Assembly: GCA_965223845.1 (NCBI GenBank)
Contig: CBDCXR010000004.1
Location: forward strand, 5,888,001-5,952,000
Source of the DNA: Planctomycetota bacterium
Lineage (GTDB): Bacteria; Planctomycetota; UBA8108; SXIK01
Reading direction: 5' to 3'
Length of the DNA: 64,000 nt
Part shown: one piece after another, positions 27,714 to 35,815 of the stretch
Numbering within the stretch: the stretch's first letter is position 1
Layout: each line of letters opens with the position of its first letter
Made by a program: the position numbers and the translations under genes
The notes under the pieces: generated by a model
Databases searched by the model: none
Told to the model about the DNA's origin: nothing
What the model saw: the letters and a program-made list of their open reading frames with translations, nothing else

Positions 27714-29113
27714 GCTACGGTAACGAGTATCAAGAAACGCTGCGTCCCGGGATCCTGATCACGAGCAAGGTCAGTCCACCGGGCGGGACGCTGGGATGTT
27801 TCGCTCGGTTGACTAGCGACCCATCAAAGATCGTGCTCCTCAGCAACAGTCACGTCCTTTACGGCGACGTCCAGTCGCTCGGAGGGGCCGGCGCCGGCGA
27901 CGGAGCAGACGTGGGACAGCCGAGCGTGTCGTGCTGTTGGTGCTGCGCTTGTCGCGTGATCGCCGCGAATCGAACGAACGCCTTCACTCGTGTCACGGTG
28001 AATGTGACCAGCCCGGAAGCGAGCACGGAAACCGGGAGCGAGATCGACTGCGCGATCGCGATTCTCAACGACGATCGTCCGTACACGAACGAAGCGCTCT
28101 ACGGAATGATCACGGGGACGCCGAACTCGGGGTTCGGCGTGTCGGGCGGCGACGCGGTGGAGATGGTCGGTTCGACGTCCGGCCGGTCCTCAGGGACGGT
28201 GCTTTCGTTCACGACGACGGCGACGCTCCAAAACGGTACGCCCGTACCGCCGATTCTCTTTCCTTACACCGTGTCGGGCTCGGAGATCGACGACAACTTC
28301 GCGGGAGTGCCGTCGGGGGTCAACCAGCTGCTGATCGCTCCGGACCCGAACCCTCAGAATTCCAGCCAGAAGACTCATTTCTGCGGCCCGGGTGACTCTG
28401 GTTCCGTGATCGTCAACTCGGCTAAGCAGGTCGTCGGCCTACTCAGTCGTGCTTGGCAGCCGAGCGAATCCAGTCGCGCTTTCCTCAACGCGCGGATGAG
28501 CTCCCCGCTCCCCGACCACGTCGGAACCTTGGGCCTTGCGGCGCCCATCGGAGCCGTCCTCAGCGCGCTCCAAATCCAGATCGATGGCAACATGTCGGGC
28601 ACCGCACCATCTGCGGGGGCATCGCTCGTGGATCTCAAGCGAGGCGAGAGAAGGCGAGCGCTCCAACTGACGCTGCGCGATCTGGAGCGGGAGATCCGCA
28701 CCAAGGCGCTCGGACGGACTGTGATGGACGCGATCGCGCGGCATCGCGGGGAAGTTCTGAGTCTCGTGAACAACGAGCGTCGAGTAGCGGTGGCCTGGCG
28801 TCGTAGTGAAGGCCCCGCGTTCGCCGCGCACTGCCTGCGTAGCCTCGAGGATCACGAATACGTCATTCCTTCGGACGTCCACGGCGTCACTCCTCGGAGG
28901 CTCATCGAGAAGATGGCCGCGGTTCTCAAGCGCTACGGATCCGACGCCTTGCGTCGGGACATCGAAGCCTACGAACGAATCGCGTTCGACTGGATCGTGG
29001 ACACCACGAGCGTTTGGCCGCTGGTGGAGCGCATGAAACGTCTTGAACCCCTCGATCGCGACGACGAGCGCGCGACCGAGGTGGGATCGACCGAATACCT
29101 AAGCTGGGGTTAG
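27710..29113 (+). CDS. Nal1-like trypsin-fold serine protease, paralog 4 (protease + C-terminal helical domain, no N-domain)
   Basis: TTGA overlap with GGGGA upstream; GTLGC; SNSHV, EIDCAI, FCGPGDSGS; CCWCCAC loop. Confidence 0.8.
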   Translation: MSYGNEYQETLRPGILITSKVSPPGGTLGCFARLTSDPSKIVLLSNSHVLYGDVQSLGGAGAGDGADVGQPSVSCCWCCACRVIAANRTNAFTRVTVNVTSPEASTETGSEIDCAIAILNDDRPYTNEALYGMITGTPNSGFGVSGGDAVEMVGSTSGRSSGTVLSFTTTATLQNGTPVPPILFPYTVSGSEIDDNFAGVPSGVNQLLIAPDPNPQNSSQKTHFCGPGDSGSVIVNSAKQVVGLLSRAWQPSESSRAFLNARMSSPLPDHVGTLGLAAPIGAVLSALQIQIDGNMSGTAPSAGASLVDLKRGERRRALQLTLRDLEREIRTKALGRTVMDAIARHRGEVLSLVNNERRVAVAWRRSEGPAFAAHCLRSLEDHEYVIPSDVHGVTPRRLIEKMAAVLKRYGSDALRRDIEAYERIAFDWIVDTTSVWPLVERMKRLEPLDRDDERATEVGSTEYLSWG

Positions 29114-29116
29114 AGC

Positions 29117-32100
29117 ATGGCGGACGAACGCGGCACCTTGGAAGTTCTGGCCACCGGCTTGGGGCGTCTGCTCGAGCCGCTCGCCGTCGGACTCCAGCCC
29201 GAAAAGATCCAGGGATTCTTCGGCCAGCTCGGGTATCCGCTGACGGAAGCTCAGGCGAGCACGTTGAGCACGGCGGCGGGCGGGACTTCGGCGACGCTGA
29301 CGGAGCTGTTCTCCCTCGTTCGCGAGCTCGTCGCGGCAGCGGAGGCTGAAGATACGGATCTCATCCTCGAGAAGGGCGTCCAGACCGCCGTCCGCGTGAC
29401 TCAGGCCATCGTGGGGTTCGCCGACTTGCGGGACGCTGTCAACGGGCTCGGTCTCGCGAGCGCGACACCCGCCGAAATCGCGGAGATTCCCGAGCGGCTG
29501 CTCTCGTATCTCCTCGTCGAGAACCTCGAAGCCCTCCGACCAACCAACGAGATCCTCGAGCTGCTCGGCGTGCTGGAGCGAGTCGAGCACAACGTCGACT
29601 CGGTCGATCCAGACGCGCCCGAGTACACGGTGTCGAGCTTTCATTTCGATCGCTTGTTCGCGTGGCTCGGCGATCCCGGAGGACAACTGAAGTCGCTCTA
29701 CGGTTGGGGCGACTCGAGCTTCGACGGCTCGCTCCTGCTTCCGAAACTGGAACGACTGATCGCCACCACCGGGATGCCAGTGGTCTACCACGAGGCGGAG
29801 AGGCGCCTCGACCTCGTGCTTCTCGAGATCACAGCTCCGTCCACTCTGAATCCGCGCGGATTGCAAATCGCACTCAACACGCAGTTCGACACCGGCGAGC
29901 TCGAGCTTCCGAACGGCGATTTCACGGTCACGTTTCAGCTCGCGGTCAACGGTCCTCCCGGGCTCGCCGTCACCATTCAACCGAACGGCAACGTCGAGTT
30001 GGTGCCTCCGGACACGAGCGCGGAGATCAGCGGTGAAGTGCGCCTGGGATTCATCACCACAGGAGGTCCGTACATCCTCCTCGGCGAAGCCGGCGGCAGT
30101 CGACTGGAGATCGGAGGAATCGGGGCGGAGGCTGGTACGCGCCTCAGCTGGGTGCCCGCCGAGGGTAAGGCGACGGGTGCTTTCGATCTTCTCGGCCGAC
30201 TCGAAGAAGGAAAGGTGGTGATCGATGCCTCGGGGGGCGACGGATTCCTGAACGAGATCATCCCCGGGGCGAAGATCGACGGCGAGTTCGACCTCGCCCT
30301 GGGCTACGACTCCGAGACGGGTTTCTTCATCCAGGGCAGCAGCGCGATCGAGATTCGTCTCCCCCTCCATCTCGACCTCGGCCCGATCGGGTTCGACGCG
30401 CTGACCATCGCGGTTGGTCTCAACTCGGACGACATCGCGGTCCAACTGGGCGCGGACATCAGCGCGAATCTCGGGCCGCTCCAGGCGGTCGTCGAGAACA
30501 TGGGCGTGGAGGCAGCGTTTTCCTTCCCGCCGGGCGGCGGCAACCTCGGTCCGCTCGACCTCGACATCGGCTTCAAACCTCCCAACGGCGTCGGTCTCTC
30601 GCTCGATGTCGGCATCGTCAAGGGCGGCGGCTACCTCTACTTCAACTTCGACAAGGAGGAATATGCGGGTGCGCTCGAGCTCGTCTTCAGCGGCTTTCTC
30701 ACCGTAAAGGCGATCGGACTCGTCACGACTCGCATGCCGGACGGGTCCGATGGTTTCTCGCTGCTGATCATCGTCAGCGTCGAGTTCGGCACACCGTTTC
30801 AGCTGGGATTCGGCTTCACGCTCAACGCGGTCGGCGGCCTGCTGGGGCTCCACCGGACGATGGAGCTCGAGCGATTGGCGGAGGGAGTCCGAACGGGCGC
30901 GATCGAGAGCGTCATGTTCCCGGACGACATCATCGCGAATGCGCCGCGCATCATCAGCGATCTTCGCGAGTTCTTTCCTCCGCAAGCCGACACGTTCCTC
31001 ATCGGGCCGATGGCCAAGCTCGGTTGGGGCACACCGAGTCTCGTGACGGCATCGCTCGGTGTCATCGTCGAGATCCCGCCCGGGAACATTGCGATTCTCG
31101 GTGTCTTGAAGGTTGCGCTTCCCCACGAGGACGCGGCTCTCATCCTCATTCAGGTCAACTTCATCGGCGCCCTCGAAGTCGACAAGAAACGACTGTGGTT
31201 CTTCGCCGGACTGTTTGAGTCGCGGGTGCTTTTCATCACGCTCGAAGGCGAGATGGGGCTGTTGATCGCGTGGGGTGATGACGCGAACTTCGTCCTGAGT
31301 GTAGGTGGGTTCCACCCGAGGTTCAGTCCCCCGCCGCTCCCCTTTCCGAATCCCATCCGGATCGCGATCAATATCCTCAACACGTCGTTCGCCAGAGTTC
31401 GCGTGACCGGCTACTTCGCAGTCACGTCCAACACGGCGCAGTTCGGCGCGCGGGTCGAAGTCTATTTCGGTTTGAGCGCGTTCAACATCGACGGCCACCT
31501 CGGGTTCGAAGCGCTCTTTCAGTTTTCGCCCTTTTATTTCATCGTGAGCCTGTCGGCTTCGCTGAGCGTCAAGGTCTTCGGGATCGGCCTGTTCAGCGTC
31601 CACATGCGAGGCGAGCTCGAAGGCACGTCCCCCTGGCACATCGAAGGGGAGGGTTCGATATCGCTGCTGTTCTGGGACATCAGCGTTCCGTTCAGCCACA
31701 CATGGGGCGAGGACGAGAACACGACTCTGCCGCCGATCGAAGTCATGCCGATTTTGGTCGACGAACTGAGCAAGCTGGACAACTGGACGGCTGAGCTCCC
31801 AGCGGCGAGCTCGCTGCTCGTCTCGCTGCGTGAGGTGACGACCGATAGCGATTTGATCATGCATCCGGTCGGTGTCCTCAAGGTCAGCCAGCGCGCCGTC
31901 CCTCTCGACCTCGATCTCGACACCGTCGGCAATCAGAAGCCGAGCGACGCCCGCCGGCTCACGATCGAAGTGATCGACGCCGACCTGGACAAGGTCGGCG
32001 ATACCCGGGAGTCGTTCGCGACGGCACAGTTCAAGGAATTGAGCGACGCGAACAAGCTGAGCGCGCCGGCCTACGAGAAGCAGAACGCGGGAGTCGAGCT

Positions 32101-32500
32101 GTCCGTTGCAGGGCCGCAGACGAAGATTCACTCGGCGGTCAAGCGAGTAGTACGTTACGAGGAAATCATCATCGACAGCAACTTCCTCGGGCACATTCGA
32201 CGCTTCGTCATCCTAGCGGTCGGGTTGTTCACACACTTTCTCCGCGGGAACGCGGCGAGCCGCTCCGTGCTTTCCGCGATCAGCAAGAAACAGAGGAATC
32301 CGATCGACCAGAATATCAAGGTGCGGGGGCCGCGCTACGCGGTGGCATCGAGTGCGACCAATACGCTCGAGAGCGAAGCCGCTCAGTTTGGTAGCCGGGC
32401 GGAGGCCGAAGATTATTTGAGTGCTCGCGTGAAGGCGTCGCCGGGGCTCGCCGAAGAGCTCCACGTGATCCCGGCAGCGGAGCTGAGGGAGGCCGCGTGA
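29117..32500 (+). CDS. DUF6603-like large beta-rich protein (1127 aa)
   Basis: Helical N-terminus followed by ~600 aa of Gly-rich amphipathic beta strands with GFKPPNGVGL, GGGYL, QLGFGFTLNAVGGLLG, IGPMAKLGWGTP, SVGGFHPRF, YFAVTSNTAQFG. Family recalled from memory, not searched. Confidence 0.7.
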   Translation: MADERGTLEVLATGLGRLLEPLAVGLQPEKIQGFFGQLGYPLTEAQASTLSTAAGGTSATLTELFSLVRELVAAAEAEDTDLILEKGVQTAVRVTQAIVGFADLRDAVNGLGLASATPAEIAEIPERLLSYLLVENLEALRPTNEILELLGVLERVEHNVDSVDPDAPEYTVSSFHFDRLFAWLGDPGGQLKSLYGWGDSSFDGSLLLPKLERLIATTGMPVVYHEAERRLDLVLLEITAPSTLNPRGLQIALNTQFDTGELELPNGDFTVTFQLAVNGPPGLAVTIQPNGNVELVPPDTSAEISGEVRLGFITTGGPYILLGEAGGSRLEIGGIGAEAGTRLSWVPAEGKATGAFDLLGRLEEGKVVIDASGGDGFLNEIIPGAKIDGEFDLALGYDSETGFFIQGSSAIEIRLPLHLDLGPIGFDALTIAVGLNSDDIAVQLGADISANLGPLQAVVENMGVEAAFSFPPGGGNLGPLDLDIGFKPPNGVGLSLDVGIVKGGGYLYFNFDKEEYAGALELVFSGFLTVKAIGLVTTRMPDGSDGFSLLIIVSVEFGTPFQLGFGFTLNAVGGLLGLHRTMELERLAEGVRTGAIESVMFPDDIIANAPRIISDLREFFPPQADTFLIGPMAKLGWGTPSLVTASLGVIVEIPPGNIAILGVLKVALPHEDAALILIQVNFIGALEVDKKRLWFFAGLFESRVLFITLEGEMGLLIAWGDDANFVLSVGGFHPRFSPPPLPFPNPIRIAINILNTSFARVRVTGYFAVTSNTAQFGARVEVYFGLSAFNIDGHLGFEALFQFSPFYFIVSLSASLSVKVFGIGLFSVHMRGELEGTSPWHIEGEGSISLLFWDISVPFSHTWGEDENTTLPPIEVMPILVDELSKLDNWTAELPAASSLLVSLREVTTDSDLIMHPVGVLKVSQRAVPLDLDLDTVGNQKPSDARRLTIEVIDADLDKVGDTRESFATAQFKELSDANKLSAPAYEKQNAGVELSVAGPQTKIHSAVKRVVRYEEIIIDSNFLGHIRRFVILAVGLFTHFLRGNAASRSVLSAISKKQRNPIDQNIKVRGPRYAVASSATNTLESEAAQFGSRAEAEDYLSARVKASPGLAEELHVIPAAELREAA

Positions 32501-35500
32501 ACGGCGAGATCGGAACCTACACCTTTCTGCCTTGGCTTCGCCAGGGCATCGCCAACCGCATTCAATCCGGTGACCTCGATGCGACGGTGAAGAGCCGCGC
32601 GGCCATCACCATCAACATGAACGCGAAGGGAACCGGCGGCGAGGGCGGAGAGCTCTCGGCTTCGATCCCGCGTGAGGTGGCCTTGTACGGCCCGAGCGAC
32701 ATCATAGGGATCGAAGCCCGGGCGATTCTCAAAACCGAGCCCCATCACTGGATCACGAACTTCGAGCCGAATTACTGTCCGTACATCGATTTCTACGATG
32801 AGGATCTTCCTTGGCGCTACACTCCCGCCGCACCCGCGGGAGGTCGCTTGCGCCCGTGGATTACCCTTCTCGTTCTCAAAGAGGAGGAATTCAAGGAGGG
32901 AGCGAACTCGCAGGGCAGGCCGCTCCCGTTTATCGAAATCGCCGCGGAGTCCATCGCGACCGTGTTCCCCAAGGCGGAGGAGCTTTGGGCGTGGGCTCAC
33001 GTTCACGTCAACAAGAATCTCGCGGGTTCACAGGCGGCTCCGCAAGCTCCCGACGTTGGCGCCGTCACGACGCAGCTCGAGTCGCTCCTCCGCTCGCAGC
33101 CCGATCTGGCGTACTCTCGCCTGCTCTGTCCGCGCAAGCTCGAGCCGAACGCCCGCTATCACGGGTTCTTGATTCCGACGTTCGAAACCGGACGCTTGGC
33201 GGGACTCGGAGAGGATCCAGATACCGCGCCGCACGCGACGTTCTCGGCTTGGGGAGAGGGGCGGTCCGATCCGACGCGGTTTCCCGTTTACCACCGTTGG
33301 TTCTTCCGCACCGGCTCTCGCGGTGATTTCGAGTACCTCGTTCGTTTGCTCGAGCCGCGCCCCGCCGACGAGCGCGTCGGCCGGCGCGACATCGATGTTC
33401 GAGCGCCGGGCTCGAACATCGCCGGCATCACCGATCCGGATCTAGAGGGCGTGCTCAAGCTGGGCGGCGCGCTGCTCGCGCCGCTCACCGACGAGGCGGA
33501 GCAAGCGCTCGCCAAATGGGAGAAGTGGGGCCAACCGTACCCCCACGAGTTTCAGAAGCAGCTCGCGCAATTCATCAATCTCGCCGACGACTACGCCGCT
33601 CAGAGTGCGGCGAACGCACACCAGGGGACGGACCTCGATCCCGCGATCCAGGATGATCCGGATCCGCTCATTACGCCACCTCTCTACGGTCGGTGGCACG
33701 CGCTGACGAGACGCCTGCTGAAGGCGCGAGACGGTACGGATGCACCGAACGCCGAGAACTGGGTCCACGACCTCAATCTCGATCCTCGCTGGCGCTGCGC
33801 GGCCGGTTTCGGCACGGACGTCATCATCGACAACCAGGAAGAGTACATGAACGCCGCCTGGGACCAGGTGGGCGACGTGCTCGAGGCCAATCGCCGTCTC
33901 CGTCTCGCGCGCCTTGCTTTGCTGGTTTCTCGCTACTGGTACGAACGGCATCTCAAGCCAGTTCGGTTGATCAGCGCCGAGCGCATGATGGTCATGACCG
34001 CGCCTGTCCACAAGCGGATCCTGAACCAAGGGGTGACGGTCTTTCACCAGGTCCGCCGCAGTGCCGTCACGCCGGCGCTGACCTCAGCTCCCCTCCGGCG
34101 CATTTTGCGCCCCAACGCACGTCTCCACCGGTACGCCAATTTGGACGGGGAGATGCGTTCTGAGAGTCTCATCTCGCGCGTCAATCGCGGCGAGGTCACC
34201 GCGGCGCCACCGAACACCGTGCCGCCAGATCTACCGACCGTCGAGGACCTGGCCGACGAGCTGCGACCGGCCGGCGTGCCCGACGTCGTTCTCGATGCGC
34301 TCGAACAGAATCCGTGGCTACGCCACGTTCCGTGGATCCTCGCGCTCGTGCTCGGATTTCTGCTGCTCGTTCTCAGCGCGGGTGCGGTCGCGTGGGGAAT
34401 CGGCGCTGCGATCGCCGCTGGATTGATCGCCGCATCGCGCTTGCTGACGCGTTGGCTTGACCAGGCGACGAGTGCTTCTTCGATTCGCGGCGAGAACCAG
34501 ACGCCCGAATCCGTGGACGCGTTCCCGACCTCGGCGGAGTTCGCGCTGACGCCGAAAATCGACCTGTCGTCTCCCGCTGACATCGCGGCCGACCGCATCG
34601 CCCTCGGAGGCGCAGACAACGAGCAAAGCGTTCGGTTCAAGGCGGCGCTCAAGGATGCGTATCGCGTGGTTCAGAGCGGCCTCGTCGCGGGTCAAACAGA
34701 GAATCCCGTTCCCATCGACGTCGGCGCGATCGCGAACGCGGCCGTCGCGCGCTTGGATCCGTCGGTAGCGATTTCGAGGTTCGTCCAGGGCAACCTCGAG
34801 CTTCCGGACCACATCCGCGATCTCATCCGGGAGAAATTCGTCGACGCGATGGCGTATCCGGAGTTCGACATTCCGATGTACAAGCCGCTCGCAGATAAAT
34901 CGACGGACTTGTTCGTCCCGAATTTGAACTTCATCAAGCAAAACACGATCACACTGCTGAACACCAACCAGCGTTTCATCGAGTCCTACATGGTGGGACT
35001 CAACCACGAGTTCGCTCGCGAGCTCCTCTGGCGCGAATACCCCACGGATCAGCGAGGGAGCTACTTCAGACAGTTTTGGGACGTCAGCACATTCCTGAGT
35101 GACACCGAAGACGACGCGGCACGCCGGGAAGAGTTGAAGGATATTCCTCCCCTACACCGCTGGTCTCGGTCGAGCGATCTCGGCGACCACGATCACCGCG
35201 AGCAAGGGCGGGACAACGAAGAGGAGCTGGTGCTCGTCATCCGCGGGGAGCTCCTGAAGAAGTATCCGAACGCGGTGATTTACGCGCACAAGGCTAAATG
35301 GCAGCCGAAGAGCGAGAGCGATCCGACTCCCGACAAGACGAAGGAACGCGTCTTCGATGAAAGCGAACCGATCAAGACACCTCTCTACGAGGCGCAGGTG
35401 AAGCCTGACATCTATTTTTTCGGATTTGACCTAACGGAGGATGTCGCGCGAGGCGACGACTCCGTCGATGACGACCCGGGGTGGTTTTTCGTGATCAGAG

Positions 35501-35814
35501 AACGGCCTGGCGAACCGAGGTTCGGGCTCGACATCGAACGCGAAGGACCGCTGCAGATCTGGAATGATCTCGCTTGGCCCGACGTCGTTCCGGAAGTCGC
35601 GGACGGTGACTACATCGATATCAGCGCCGCACCGAACCGCACGCTGCCCAACAGCGCCCCGGCGGGAGAGGCGCAGGAGAAAGCCGGGCAGTGGGCGGAG
35701 GATCATTTGCTGAGCTGGACCAGCAGCCTCACTTCGGCCGAGCTCGCTTACATCTTGTTCCAAGCACCCGTGTTGGTCGGCGTGCACGCCGCGGAAATGT
35801 TGCCGGAATCATAA
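32497..35814 (+). CDS. Hypothetical protein (1105 aa) with internal hydrophobic hairpin
   Basis: GTGA overlap; TFLPWLRQG, DLPWRYTP, GDFEYLVRLL, PPLYGRWH, FIESYMVGLNHEFARELLWREYPTDQRGSYFRQFWD. Confidence 0.85.
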   Translation: MNGEIGTYTFLPWLRQGIANRIQSGDLDATVKSRAAITINMNAKGTGGEGGELSASIPREVALYGPSDIIGIEARAILKTEPHHWITNFEPNYCPYIDFYDEDLPWRYTPAAPAGGRLRPWITLLVLKEEEFKEGANSQGRPLPFIEIAAESIATVFPKAEELWAWAHVHVNKNLAGSQAAPQAPDVGAVTTQLESLLRSQPDLAYSRLLCPRKLEPNARYHGFLIPTFETGRLAGLGEDPDTAPHATFSAWGEGRSDPTRFPVYHRWFFRTGSRGDFEYLVRLLEPRPADERVGRRDIDVRAPGSNIAGITDPDLEGVLKLGGALLAPLTDEAEQALAKWEKWGQPYPHEFQKQLAQFINLADDYAAQSAANAHQGTDLDPAIQDDPDPLITPPLYGRWHALTRRLLKARDGTDAPNAENWVHDLNLDPRWRCAAGFGTDVIIDNQEEYMNAAWDQVGDVLEANRRLRLARLALLVSRYWYERHLKPVRLISAERMMVMTAPVHKRILNQGVTVFHQVRRSAVTPALTSAPLRRILRPNARLHRYANLDGEMRSESLISRVNRGEVTAAPPNTVPPDLPTVEDLADELRPAGVPDVVLDALEQNPWLRHVPWILALVLGFLLLVLSAGAVAWGIGAAIAAGLIAASRLLTRWLDQATSASSIRGENQTPESVDAFPTSAEFALTPKIDLSSPADIAADRIALGGADNEQSVRFKAALKDAYRVVQSGLVAGQTENPVPIDVGAIANAAVARLDPSVAISRFVQGNLELPDHIRDLIREKFVDAMAYPEFDIPMYKPLADKSTDLFVPNLNFIKQNTITLLNTNQRFIESYMVGLNHEFARELLWREYPTDQRGSYFRQFWDVSTFLSDTEDDAARREELKDIPPLHRWSRSSDLGDHDHREQGRDNEEELVLVIRGELLKKYPNAVIYAHKAKWQPKSESDPTPDKTKERVFDESEPIKTPLYEAQVKPDIYFFGFDLTEDVARGDDSVDDDPGWFFVIRERPGEPRFGLDIEREGPLQIWNDLAWPDVVPEVADGDYIDISAAPNRTLPNSAPAGEAQEKAGQWAEDHLLSWTSSLTSAELAYILFQAPVLVGVHAAEMLPES

Positions 35815-35815
35815 A

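Noticed and set aside
32460-35814. Similar C-termini VIPAAEL and VHAAEML in two adjacent large proteins as a shared sorting signal
   Set aside because: Too short, and absent from the other operon proteins.
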